From positions 4,384,001 through 4,448,000 of the forward strand of contig OY762069.1 of assembly GCA_963665095.1 (NCBI GenBank): DNA of 64,000 bases, in the 5' to 3' direction. The notes below the pieces were generated by a model. It worked only from the letters and a program-made list of their open reading frames with translations, was not told the origin of the DNA and ran no database searches. Below, one piece after another: positions 1 to 10,365 of this stretch. The first letter of the stretch is position 1. The number at the start of each line of letters is the position of its first letter. The DNA comes from an uncultured Desulfobacter sp. Lineage in GTDB: Bacteria > Desulfobacterota > Desulfobacteria > Desulfobacterales > Desulfobacteraceae. A program made the translations under genes and the position numbers.

Positions 1-3000
1 TGGCCAGAAATCCAACGGCCCCCCGTTTCATGGCTGTCATGGAGCTGTCGTCCGCTGCTGACATGAAATGCACCGGAATATGACTAAGCTTGGGATTCTT
101 TTTCAGACGATCCAGAACCTGCCAGCCGTCTATGCCGGGCAGTCCGATATCCAGAATAATACCGCTGGGCTTGTAAAAATCAGCAAAGTGGAGGCCGGTT
201 TCCCCGGTTTCAGCCACCAGGCATTTAAACCCGCGCTCCCTTGCAAAATCTCTCATGATTTTGGCAGAACCGGAATCATCTTCTATAATGAGCAGGCTTT
301 TGTCCTCAGCCGTTATCTTTTTCCTGTCATCATCCACAAAACGTTTTTCCGGGCTGATTGTGCCGGGCAGGTCCTCCAGCTTTTCGCCGGGGGCAGCCTT
401 TGGCGCTTTCCCGGGAGAAGGAGGAGTTTTGCAATCTTCTTTATCCGAAACCTCAGGCAGGGATGAATCCATCAGACGTTCCGGTATCACCAGGGTAAAA
501 ACAGCGCCCTTTCCCGGCTCACTGTCAAGGGTGATAAATCCGCCCAGAAGCCGGGCAAGCTGTCTGGAGATTGTCAGTCCCAGCCCGGTGCCGCCGTATT
601 TTCTGCTGGTGCTGCCGTCAGCCTGCTGAAAGGCTTCGAAAATGGTTGCCTGTTTATCTTTCGGGATGCCAATGCCTGAGTCTTTCACTGAAAATGCCAC
701 AGCCTGTGCCCCATCTAAGTCATGGGCCTGGCACACCCCTTGTTCGGGCCGGGCAATAGACAGGGAGACACCACCTTTTTCTGTAAACTTAAACCCGTTG
801 GTCAAAAAATTTCTTAATATCTGCTGCAGCCTGAGATTATCAGTGAACACGGTTTCAGGGAGGTCTTTATCCACCGAGATCTCAAATCCCACACCCTTTT
901 CCCGGGCCAGGGTTTTAAACATCCGTTCAAGATCCGCTGTCATGGCGGAAATCACCACCTCTTCAGGCATCAGCTCCACCTTGCCGGCCTCCACCTTGGA
1001 CAGATCCAGGATTTCATTGATAAGGGTCAAAAGATCCTTGCCTGAAGAGTTGATCGCCTCTGCACACTCCACCTGTTTGGCGGAGAGCCTGGCTTCTTTG
1101 TTTGCAGAGAGCATCTGGGACAGAATCAGAATACTGTTCAGCGGGGTGCGCAGTTCATGGGACATATTGGCCAGAAACTGGGATTTGTATCTGCCGGCAC
1201 GCTCAAGCTCTTCAGCTTTTGCTTCAATTGCCTGCTGGGCCTCCAGCAGGTCAATATTTTTTTTCTGAATATCTTCCTTCTGCTCTTCCAGGGCCTGGGT
1301 CTGTTCCTCAAGCTCGGCGTTGGTCTTCTGAAGGTTTTGTTCTGAATCCCTCAAGGCCGAGGTCTGCTCTTCCAGCTCTTCATTCAGCGCTTTGAGTTCT
1401 TCCTTCTGGGCCTGGAGTTTTGATTCAGACGACCGCAGCGCATCCGTCTGCGCTTCCAGGGCACTGTTTTTCTCCACCAGCTCATTTTGATGGGCCCTGG
1501 CACTTTCAAGCAGGGCATTAATGGTCTGGCGGTTCCCGGCGGCCTTCAAAAGGATGGCCATCTTTTCCATGATCTGGTCAATAAATTCTTTTTCCACGTC
1601 AGTGAACGGCTTTTGGGAACCAAGCAGAAACGCCCCGACCACCTCTTCTTCAAACACCAGGGGAACAGCCAGATATGCGGCAGCGGACTTCTCACCGGCA
1701 CCGTAACTGATCCGGGGCAGATCATCTTCTGCCTCATTAAAAATCATAATTCTGCGGTCGGCAACTGCCTGTCCCACCAGTCCCTGGCCCGGTTTAAGCG
1801 TGCTGAAACGATTGTCCCGATCCCAAAAGGCGTAAGAAGCGTATGCGTTGAAAGCCCCATTGTCATATACGTAAAATATCCCCAGTTCCGCCCCTAAATG
1901 CTCGCATACAAAAGAGATAAAATGCCGGCCCAGTTCGCGGGCATCCAGGTCCCCGCGCAGCACCTGGTCCAACCCCTCCTTTCCCTGCTTCAGCCAGTCA
2001 GCCTGACTCAGGCTGCCGGCCATGCGGTTCAGGGCGCCTGCAAGCTTTCCAAGCTCATCCCGTTGCCGGATTTTCATAATGGCGTCGTATTTTCCCTGGG
2101 TGATGGCCTGGGCAAAGGCCACAGCTTTGATAATAGGCCCTACAATATTTTTTGAAAGAGCAAAGGAGAACAGCCCGATCCCTGCAATAAGCAAAATGGA
2201 GATGGACAGGGTTTTCCCAACAATTATTCGAATACTGTCCTCAATCTCATATTTGTCTATCTTTGAAATCAGATACCAGTTCATCCCCTTGATATCCAGT
2301 TTGTTAAACACTGCCAGAACAGGATTGCCTAAAGAATCCGTATAAAAGCCGGAACCTCCGTTAAATCCCCGTTCAACTGCATCTTTCCAATAGCCAAGTG
2401 CCTGGTCCAGGCTGCGCCCCAAAACAGCCTCCTGCCTGTTCCGGGAACTCAGATTGCTCCTGAACTCAAACTGATCTGTGGAGACATCATAGTGAAGAAG
2501 ATAGGACTCGCCGGTTTCTCCCATGCCCGCCCGGGATTGCATGAACCCGTCGATAAAGGCATCGGTCAGCTTGATGATGACTGCAGCAATAATACGCCCC
2601 TCTTCGTCAATAACCGGTTCTCCCAGAAATGCGGTCTCCCTCTCCCGGTCCGGCTCAAAGGGGGAAAAATCTGTAACAGCCTCCTTTCCTGTCCCCACAA
2701 CGGTTTTATAAATCTGAAACAGATGGGTATCAGCCCAGGTTGATTGCCCAAGCTGCTGCCCGATAATATCTCTGTTTTCAAGAGAGTAGAGAATCCGGGC
2801 ATTTCCCCTGCCCACAATCAGGATATCCGCACATCCAAAGGCATGGGCAAACCGCTGCAGCTGATTTGTGTTTTCATGAATAAATTTTTCGTAAAGATTG
2901 TCTACCCCGCCCGAGGACGATGCCTTATTATCATGGTAAATGGCAAGATCCCGGCTGGCCGTCAATATCTGACTTGATGCCGCCAGCTGCTTGAGGTTGA

Positions 3001-3205
3001 GCAGCCGCTGCCTGAATACAGATTCAACATGACTGGTTCTGATTTCCTGAATGGCGGCCATCTGATCAAAGGATTTGTCCATCATGGCATCGGTGGCAAG
3101 AATAAATCCATAATACCCGGTAATAACCAGGGGCAGAATCCCGGTGAGAACAAAGCCTATAACCAGCTTTGGACGAATGGCAAGATTATTCAGTTTTGAC
3201 AGCAT
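1..3205 (-). CDS. Membrane hybrid sensor histidine kinase (TM-Cache-like-HAMP-GAF-HisKA-HATPase-REC), 3' end outside window
   Basis: Not in the ORF track because there is no stop in the window. ATG at 3205 with AAGGAG upstream; begins MLSKLNNLAIRPKLVIGFVLTG. H-box FLANMSHELRTPLNSI, G2 box KYGGTGLGL, receiver IILDIGLPGIDG. Confidence 0.9.
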   Translation of the reverse strand, partial: MLSKLNNLAIRPKLVIGFVLTGILPLVITGYYGFILATDAMMDKSFDQMAAIQEIRTSHVESVFRQRLLNLKQLAASSQILTASRDLAIYHDNKASSSGGVDNLYEKFIHENTNQLQRFAHAFGCADILIVGRGNARILYSLENRDIIGQQLGQSTWADTHLFQIYKTVVGTGKEAVTDFSPFEPDRERETAFLGEPVIDEEGRIIAAVIIKLTDAFIDGFMQSRAGMGETGESYLLHYDVSTDQFEFRSNLSSRNRQEAVLGRSLDQALGYWKDAVERGFNGGSGFYTDSLGNPVLAVFNKLDIKGMNWYLISKIDKYEIEDSIRIIVGKTLSISILLIAGIGLFSFALSKNIVGPIIKAVAFAQAITQGKYDAIMKIRQRDELGKLAGALNRMAGSLSQADWLKQGKEGLDQVLRGDLDARELGRHFISFVCEHLGAELGIFYVYDNGAFNAYASYAFWDRDNRFSTLKPGQGLVGQAVADRRIMIFNEAEDDLPRISYGAGEKSAAAYLAVPLVFEEEVVGAFLLGSQKPFTDVEKEFIDQIMEKMAILLKAAGNRQTINALLESARAHQNELVEKNSALEAQTDALRSSESKLQAQKEELKALNEELEEQTSALRDSEQNLQKTNAELEEQTQALEEQKEDIQKKNIDLLEAQQAIEAKAEELERAGRYKSQFLANMSHELRTPLNSILILSQMLSANKEARLSAKQVECAEAINSSGKDLLTLINEILDLSKVEAGKVELMPEEVVISAMTADLERMFKTLAREKGVGFEISVDKDLPETVFTDNLRLQQILRNFLTNGFKFTEKGGVSLSIARPEQGVCQAHDLDGAQAVAFSVKDSGIGIPKDKQATIFEAFQQADGSTSRKYGGTGLGLTISRQLARLLGGFITLDSEPGKGAVFTLVIPERLMDSSLPEVSDKEDCKTPPSPGKAPKAAPGEKLEDLPGTISPEKRFVDDDRKKITAEDKSLLIIEDDSGSAKIMRDFARERGFKCLVAETGETGLHFADFYKPSGIILDIGLPGIDGWQVLDRLKKNPKLSHIPVHFMSAADDSSMTAMKRGAVGFLA

Positions 3206-3417
3206 GAACAGCTCCTTTTCAGAGTTCAATTTGCGCACCGACGAAGATCACAACATTACCTTTGGCTGGAACATATCACAATATTTTCCGTTAATTCAAT
3301 GATGACGGGCAGGCTTTTAATTAAAAAATTCCTGGTGTGGATTGCGAAATAAAATGATTTGTCAGACAGGTAGTCCCAAACGCCGGGGTAACGTTATGAT
3401 AACTGCGGATAAAATAT

Positions 3418-5574
3418 CTATAGGTTCTTTGATGGAGACCCGTTTTGCAACCTGTTGGCAAAATCGGAAAACTCCAGAGAGGTCATGGGTCTGGCATACA
3501 AAAATCCCTGGCACAGGGTGCTGCGCTCTGATTCGAGGAACTGGTGCTGATCTTCATTTTCAACCCCTTCGGCAATAACGTCGAGCCCAAGGGTTTCGCC
3601 CAGCTTTAAAATGGCACGGGCAATGGCGGCATCATTACAGTCTGTGGCAAGATCCCGGATAAAGGAGCGGTCCAGTTTCAGTTTGGTGACCGGCAGGTAT
3701 TTCAGATAGGCCAGGGATGAATACCCGGTGCCAAAATCGTCGATGGCAATGCCAAACCCCATATCCCGAAGCTCTTTAAGCTGGTTTACCGCCCTCCGGC
3801 TCTCCTCGATGACAAAACTTTCTGTCAGTTCCAGAGTGATCCGCTCTGCCGGACATCCTGTGACTTCAAGGATATGCTTTGCCGCCTCGACAAATTCACC
3901 CTGCACGATCTGCTTGCCCGACACATTAACGGAGATAAAGGTCAGTTTGCTGCCGGAATCAAGCCACGCTTTCATCTGTTTGCAGGCCGTATACAGCACC
4001 CATTCCCCCAGGGTGTGAATCAAATCGTTTTCCTCGGCAATGGGTATAAATTTTTCAGGTGGTACAAACCCTTTTTCCTTATGCTGCCAGCGGACCAGGG
4101 CCTCTGCACCGATGCACTGACGGGTTCCGGTATGAACCACCGGCTGGTAATACAGTTCCAGCCCTTCCTGCTCTATGGACTGCCGGAGGTCTGACTGGAG
4201 CGCCATGCGCTCCTGAACCGATCTGGACATCTCCTCCTTGTAAAACCGAAACTGGTTGCGGCCGAACTCCTTGGATCGGTACATGGCCACGTCTGCATTT
4301 TTAACCAGGGTATCAACATCTGTTCCATCCCCCGGGTACAGAGCAATGCCTACACTGGCAGATAAATACATACCTTTTTCACCCACCTTGACCGGCTCAG
4401 CCAGCACCCCTACGATTTTCTGTGCGGCGGTTTTCACAGAATGAACTGTGTTCATATTTTCCAGCAGAAGCATGAATTCGTCACCACCCAGCCGGGAGAG
4501 GGTATCACTCTTCCTGACACACCTTTTCAGTTTTTTCGCCACCTCGCACAGGAGTTCATCTCCCACCGGGTGGCCATAGGAGTCATTGACCTGTTTAAAA
4601 TTGTCCAGATCAACGAACAGTACCGCTATAATCGTGTTCTGACGTTCGGCAATTTTTATCGCGTGGGAGAGCCGTTCCCTGAACATGGATCTGTTGGGCA
4701 GCCCGGTGAGCATATCATAATGGGCCAGATAATTGATCCGGTCCTGGGATTTCTTCTGGTCAGTGAGGTCATACAGAATGGCAATATACCGTTCTATTTC
4801 CCCCTTATCATTGTAAAGACAGCTGATGCTGAGCCATACCGGAATAATTCCTCCGTCTTTATGGCGCTCCCAGATTTCACCCTGCCACCGGCCGGTGGTA
4901 TCTATGGCCTGCCAGAGCTGCTCATAAAATGCCGTATCATGATGACCGGCTCTGAACATGTGCCCGCCTTTTCCGACAACATCCTCACTGGTGTATCCCA
5001 GGATCTTTTCAAAGGCCTGGTTCGCTTTCAGGATGGTCTTATCCGGTGACATAATAAGAATCCCGTCCTGGGAATTCGCAAACATGCTGCTGGCCAGCCG
5101 AAAATCTTCTTCATCCGTCTTCCACCCGGAGAGATCCCGAATATGAAATAGATAATAGTGCGGGGTGTTGTCGGCCAGATCCCTGACCAATGTTATGATA
5201 TTCTCCACCCAGACGGCGTTATTGTTATTTTTGACGTAACGAATTTCCACAGTGACGGTGTCAGGCTCCCCTTTTTTCAATTGGTCCAGACTATTATTCA
5301 AGATATCCAGATCATCGGGAAAAATGATCGATCCCAGCGGGCTGGACAGAAGCGCGTCTCTTGAATGCCCTGTAATTCCCAAAAAGGTGCGATTCACTTC
5401 CAGCCACCTGCCGTCTGTTGACACCAGAGCGTTCCCAATGGCCCCATTGGACATGGTTCTCTGACGTCCGCCGTTGCTCTCTTTTTGCCCGGTTAAAGCG
5501 TCAGGTCCGTCTGCGCGGCCGGCATCACTTTTGTCGTTTTGTTCCATCTTTTCAGAAGACATAGGTATGGCCAT
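3418..5574 (-). CDS. PAS-PAS-GGDEF-EAL diguanylate cyclase/phosphodiesterase
   Basis: HYDMLTGLPNR, RKSD I-site five residues before GGDEF, EAL, DDFGTGYSS and AEGVE motifs all intact. Confidence 0.95.
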   Translation of the reverse strand: MAIPMSSEKMEQNDKSDAGRADGPDALTGQKESNGGRQRTMSNGAIGNALVSTDGRWLEVNRTFLGITGHSRDALLSSPLGSIIFPDDLDILNNSLDQLKKGEPDTVTVEIRYVKNNNNAVWVENIITLVRDLADNTPHYYLFHIRDLSGWKTDEEDFRLASSMFANSQDGILIMSPDKTILKANQAFEKILGYTSEDVVGKGGHMFRAGHHDTAFYEQLWQAIDTTGRWQGEIWERHKDGGIIPVWLSISCLYNDKGEIERYIAILYDLTDQKKSQDRINYLAHYDMLTGLPNRSMFRERLSHAIKIAERQNTIIAVLFVDLDNFKQVNDSYGHPVGDELLCEVAKKLKRCVRKSDTLSRLGGDEFMLLLENMNTVHSVKTAAQKIVGVLAEPVKVGEKGMYLSASVGIALYPGDGTDVDTLVKNADVAMYRSKEFGRNQFRFYKEEMSRSVQERMALQSDLRQSIEQEGLELYYQPVVHTGTRQCIGAEALVRWQHKEKGFVPPEKFIPIAEENDLIHTLGEWVLYTACKQMKAWLDSGSKLTFISVNVSGKQIVQGEFVEAAKHILEVTGCPAERITLELTESFVIEESRRAVNQLKELRDMGFGIAIDDFGTGYSSLAYLKYLPVTKLKLDRSFIRDLATDCNDAAIARAILKLGETLGLDVIAEGVENEDQHQFLESERSTLCQGFLYARPMTSLEFSDFANRLQNGSPSKNL

Positions 5575-5927
5575 TTTAGGAAGGGTTAATTTTTGGGACG
5601 ACTGTGGGAATCAACCTGACAGAACACAACATAAATAAAGCATTAGAATACAAACCTGTTCTTCTGCCGCCACACTGTCCGGAAAAAATTCACTTAAAAT
5701 TTTAACCGGCAAACACAGAAATACATTTAAACTATTTACAATTAGAGATGAAAAACCGCTGCTTTGTCAACTAAAATTATCACATGCCATAGATTTGAAC
5801 TTGATTGATCTTTTCTTTCCCCAATTTAAAAAAACCTTTCTTAGGAGGTGGCCACCCGGGAAGATCTAACTTAAAACTTAGATTACAAATATAACTCATC
5901 ATGATAGAGTGTACAGATAAGTAATTA

Positions 5928-6079
5928 GTGCCTGAACAAAAAACCCGTGTTTGGTGTTTGGACGCAAAGTTGCCCAGATGCAAGGCGCAAGCAAAGCTGC
6001 AACCGGAGCGTACTTCAGTACGTGAGGATTGCAGCTTTGTGCAGCAACGCCGCAGATGGGTGACTTTGCGTTCAAACAC
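5928..6079. mobile_element. MITE-like element containing structured repeat copy 1 (core 5954-6079)
   Basis: Imperfect inverted ends GTGCCTGAAC / GTTCAAACAC, TAATTA on both sides (5922-5927, 6080-6085), nested internal stems, no credible coding content. Confidence 0.65.
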
Positions 6080-6121
6080 TAATTAAACCGCTTCAAATCA
6101 TTAAGAGAGGATCTGTTTTAA

Positions 6122-9100
6122 GTGAAATCCAAAGCCCTTGAAGTCAACCTTTCCGATACTCGGGCAGACGTTGCCATTGATGAACGGTACCAGCTGCTTG
6201 TCTCCTTTTTTAAAGGGTATGTAGGTATTGTCAACCGGCTGGAAACCTTTCTAAAGGAGCTGTCCCACCCCTACCGGAACTGGGGATTTATTGTCAGTGA
6301 AGCCCGGCACTTCTCCCTGCACTATTTTCACCTGTACAGCACCGAAACAGACGGGCGCCGTGCCCTGGAACTGTTCTGCGATATTTTTACCGCAGCGTTT
6401 GAATCTGTGAATGACCCTGAAATTAAGACCAATGCGGCAGATAACCTCATGCTGGTTTTGCATACCATTGCAAAGGCCGGAGAAGACGGTTTAACTGTGT
6501 TTAAACCGACAATGATCAAGGAGGTAGAAAGGATCTGCCGGTTTGAGGATCCTGATTTTTTCTATTTTGTCTGCGCCTATTACCAGCCCGACAGCCTGGT
6601 AAAACAGATGGCGGCAAAAGAAGTTTCTCTGACAGATAAAGAACTGCTGCCCTGCCTGAACACCTTTTTAATTCGCTATTTTGACACCTCTTTCTCCTTC
6701 TGGCTTGCCCAGGACGATCCGTTAGCGTGGATGAAAGATAATATCAATGACTGGCGCTTAAGTTCAGACATGCTGGCACTTTTAGACCAGGTTTCCCACA
6801 CCCGGATCAGTAACCAGCAGCAACAGCTGGAACAGATCAGGGCCCTGCCGGATGACGCAAAAAAAACCACTGCCCTGACAGCGCTTACCGGTCACAGGGA
6901 GTTTATTAAAAAATTCAGAGATATGCCCCGGCAGATTCTCAATCTGGCCCGGAAACAGACCTCAGGGAAGTTTTTTAAACTGACTTTTCTGTTTTACATT
7001 ATCCATGCTCCGGGACTCTCCATTATCCACAGGGAAGCGCTGGGGGATATCCACCGGACACTGATCACGCTGATCGGTGAACAGGATTATAAAAAAGATA
7101 TGGCCATTGTGGACCAGACCTTTGCCCTTCTCAAGGAGCATAAGGGACGGTATCCGGCCACCGTACTGGAAGTGATCCATAAAATCGGGGATGCTGTTTA
7201 CAATACCGATGAAATTGAATCCATCAACCACTTCATTGACCGGTCCGTGGACCATGGTTTCCAGTTTCCCGATATCCGGGGGACAGGAGAGGACTGGCAG
7301 ATCAAGTGCAATGTGGCCCATGTCAAAAATATCCGGGTCTTTCTCACCCTGGTGGGCAGGCACCCCAAAAAGTCCAAGCGCCTGCTCTCCGCTCTGATAA
7401 CCTCCCTTGCCGTGGGGGGCGTGTTCATCCGGGATACGGACCTGTTTCCACGGGATATTACCCGGTTCTTAAATGCAGATATTGCCCCGGTATATAACCT
7501 GGTTAAACAGCTGGCACGCCTTCTGCCGGCATTCTTTAATGAAATCGGCGCAGAAGGTGAGCTCAGGGATATTTCCACCCGGCTGGATGAGTCTGTATTC
7601 CGCCGGGACAAGCTGATCCATTTTCTTCGCAAGCAGTGCCATGTGGAAAGTTCCTCCAGGATTGTCGAATTTATCCGGGAGGTAATGATGTTCTGGAAAA
7701 CCCTGGATAAATCACCCCTTAAGCCGTACCTGCCGCCGTCAATTTATAATGCCACAGAAACCCGCGGCCGTTACATTGACGGCCCTCATGCTGTTTTCCA
7801 GGCCCTGGCCTACCGCAAGCTCGAAACCCCGGCAGATTTCCTGGCTGCATCCAGAGCAGACATCGACCAGATCATTGACAAGGTGGACAGTGCAGACGAC
7901 CTTGACAAGGAAAGGGCAAAACTGATCATCCGCTTCCACGCGCTTCTCAACGAGAAATACGGCATCGACAACCTGGATCTTGGCACCTATATCAAAGCCC
8001 ATATGGGCCAGGGCCTGCCCGACCCCAAAGATGTTATCCATGCCCTGGCAGAACCGGAGCTGGAAACCCGCATCGGAGGCCTTCTGGCCTATATGAACGA
8101 ACTCAAACAGATTATTTTATCCAAAGAGCAGTTTATGGTAAATGAATCCATCTACCACAAACGCCATATTGCCGTGGATATTCCATCCATGTACGGGTCT
8201 TACAGTGAGGCCAAATTTGATGCGCTAGGCATGACCTTAAGAATTGAAAGCGTGGTTAACGTCATGTTTGAAGACCTGATCAACAGCATTGACCTGCGGC
8301 TGATCACCAAGCCCACCTTTGTAAGGATCTTCTCCATATTAAAGCTGTTCCGCCAGGCCCTTGCCCTGGACGGCATTGTGTCCAACAAGCTGGATATCCA
8401 GATGGACTTTTTAAAATACGCCATCAACATCACCACCTGCTCCTTTACCCAGTATCTGGACATATTCAAGGGCTTTACAAGGGCTGTGGCAGACGCGGTG
8501 AACGATCACTTCAACAACCTGCACTCTTTAAACCTTGTCAACCTGGACAGCCGCATCGGCAGGGAAAATATCCTCGAAAAATTCCTGCCTGACGGATACA
8601 ATCCGGCAAAAACAGCCGCAGCCAATACCCCCGCATCCCGGAAAATGGCAAAAAAAATGGACCAGCGGGTGGCGGATATTTTTTTCAGGGACCGCATTGT
8701 CACATCCCTGGGACTTCAGCAGCTGGATGTATTCTTACATAAAATTTTGAATACACTGTTCCGCCAGTCCGAACGCCTCAGCCAGGATGAATTGTCCGCA
8801 CTTCTTAACTACGACCCCAAGGCAGCCGTCTCCACCATTGACGCCAGAGAGCTGTTCAGCCACAACATCATTTACCTGGGCAACAAGGGCTTGAACCTGA
8901 TCAAGCTCAAACAGATGGGAATCAAGGTGCCCAACGGGTTTATCATCACCACCGAGGTATTTAAATGTCTGGACCTCATTGACTCGTATATTCCGGCATC
9001 CGTGAACTTCCGCCAGCTTGTCTCCCATATGATTGAACAGCTTGAAGCAGTGGAAGGCGCCAAATTCGGCGATCCTGAGAATCCGCTGCTGCTGTCGGTA

Positions 9101-10351
9101 CGATCAGGCTCGTCCATCTCCCAGCCTGGTATGCTGGACTCTTTTTTAAATGTGGGCATCAACGAACAGATTGCCGCACGCATGGCCGAGACCAGCGGCA
9201 ACCCCTGGTTTGCCTGGGATTCCTACCGCAGGTTCATTCAGGCCTACGGCATGGTATTCGGTATCCAGAGAGACCGGTTTGACGCAATTATCAAGTCGTT
9301 CAAGGACAGGGCTGACATCCGGTTCAAGCGGTATTTTACAGGCGATCAGATGCGGGATGTGGCCATGGCCTACAAACAGCTGCTGGTGGATGAAGGCATT
9401 GAACTGATTGAAAATCCCATGGATCAGCTATTTTTATCCATTAAAAAAGTGTTTGCATCCTGGAACTCAAAACGGGCCATAAACTACAGAAAGATCATGG
9501 GAATCTCCCATGACTGGGGCACGGCAGTCACGGTGCAGGCCATGGTATTCGGAAACCGCTGCCGGGAATCCGGATCCGGAGTTATCTTCACCCACAGCCC
9601 CAAACTGCCCGGAGACACCATCCGGCTCTGGGGAGATTTTACCATTGGCAATCAGGGGGAAGATGTGGTATCGGGTTTGGTAAAAACCCTGCCCATTTCA
9701 GAACTTCAACGGGAACTGGAAGGCAGGGATGTAAAAATCAGCCTGGAAGAACGGTTTCCACAAGTGTATGAACAGTTGAAAACCATTGTCCAGCAGCTGA
9801 TCTACGATGGAGGCTGGAATCCCCAGGAGATGGAATTTACCTTCCAGGGACAGGCCCCCGAAGATGTATTTATTCTTCAGGCAAGAGATCTGTCTTTACG
9901 AGACAGAAAAAAAATCAAGCGGTTTGACGCTGCCCCCGACAGACTTGAAAAGGCCTGCCTGGGCCAGGGCATAGGGGTTTCCGGCGGCGCCATGAGCGGC
10001 AGAATCGTGTTCACCCTGGAAGAGATCGACGGATTCAGGCGACAGGATCCTGACGCCAAGCTTATCCTGCTTCGAAATGATACAGTGCCTGACGACATTC
10101 TCGAGATTGATGCGGCTGACGGTATTTTAACGGCCCGGGGAGGGCTTACTTCCCATGCGGCTGTGGTGGCATACAATCTTGATAAAACCTGTGTGGTCGG
10201 GTGCAAAAATCTGATCTGCAACGAAGAGGCAGGGATTTGCGAACTAAACGATGTAACAATGAACACAGGGGATTTCATCAGCATTGACGGACACAAAGGT
10301 CTTGTCTATCAGGGGCAGATGAAAATCAGTGACCATTTAACCTCAATTTGA
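6122..10351 (+). CDS. PPDK-like dikinase: ~900-aa uncharacterised N-terminal region, ATP-grasp domain and phospho-His swivel domain; no C-terminal pyruvate-binding barrel
   Basis: LGNKGLNL, VPNGFIITTE, LLSVRSG, QAMVFGN, QGEDVVSG, QEMEFT, LQAR and GGLTSHAAVVA. The protein ends just after ISIDGHKGLVY. Confidence 0.85.
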   Translation: MKSKALEVNLSDTRADVAIDERYQLLVSFFKGYVGIVNRLETFLKELSHPYRNWGFIVSEARHFSLHYFHLYSTETDGRRALELFCDIFTAAFESVNDPEIKTNAADNLMLVLHTIAKAGEDGLTVFKPTMIKEVERICRFEDPDFFYFVCAYYQPDSLVKQMAAKEVSLTDKELLPCLNTFLIRYFDTSFSFWLAQDDPLAWMKDNINDWRLSSDMLALLDQVSHTRISNQQQQLEQIRALPDDAKKTTALTALTGHREFIKKFRDMPRQILNLARKQTSGKFFKLTFLFYIIHAPGLSIIHREALGDIHRTLITLIGEQDYKKDMAIVDQTFALLKEHKGRYPATVLEVIHKIGDAVYNTDEIESINHFIDRSVDHGFQFPDIRGTGEDWQIKCNVAHVKNIRVFLTLVGRHPKKSKRLLSALITSLAVGGVFIRDTDLFPRDITRFLNADIAPVYNLVKQLARLLPAFFNEIGAEGELRDISTRLDESVFRRDKLIHFLRKQCHVESSSRIVEFIREVMMFWKTLDKSPLKPYLPPSIYNATETRGRYIDGPHAVFQALAYRKLETPADFLAASRADIDQIIDKVDSADDLDKERAKLIIRFHALLNEKYGIDNLDLGTYIKAHMGQGLPDPKDVIHALAEPELETRIGGLLAYMNELKQIILSKEQFMVNESIYHKRHIAVDIPSMYGSYSEAKFDALGMTLRIESVVNVMFEDLINSIDLRLITKPTFVRIFSILKLFRQALALDGIVSNKLDIQMDFLKYAINITTCSFTQYLDIFKGFTRAVADAVNDHFNNLHSLNLVNLDSRIGRENILEKFLPDGYNPAKTAAANTPASRKMAKKMDQRVADIFFRDRIVTSLGLQQLDVFLHKILNTLFRQSERLSQDELSALLNYDPKAAVSTIDARELFSHNIIYLGNKGLNLIKLKQMGIKVPNGFIITTEVFKCLDLIDSYIPASVNFRQLVSHMIEQLEAVEGAKFGDPENPLLLSVRSGSSISQPGMLDSFLNVGINEQIAARMAETSGNPWFAWDSYRRFIQAYGMVFGIQRDRFDAIIKSFKDRADIRFKRYFTGDQMRDVAMAYKQLLVDEGIELIENPMDQLFLSIKKVFASWNSKRAINYRKIMGISHDWGTAVTVQAMVFGNRCRESGSGVIFTHSPKLPGDTIRLWGDFTIGNQGEDVVSGLVKTLPISELQRELEGRDVKISLEERFPQVYEQLKTIVQQLIYDGGWNPQEMEFTFQGQAPEDVFILQARDLSLRDRKKIKRFDAAPDRLEKACLGQGIGVSGGAMSGRIVFTLEEIDGFRRQDPDAKLILLRNDTVPDDILEIDAADGILTARGGLTSHAAVVAYNLDKTCVVGCKNLICNEEAGICELNDVTMNTGDFISIDGHKGLVYQGQMKISDHLTSI

Positions 10352-10365
10352 AAGAAGGCAAAGAT

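Noticed and set aside
5780..6079. 99-aa minus-strand ORF
   Set aside because: It runs through the palindromic repeat and has no protein motifs.
6122..10351. Calling the gene ppdK or ppsA, or a pseudogene
   Set aside because: The pyruvate-binding domain is absent with no remnant downstream, yet the ORF is long, intact and ends at a domain boundary.
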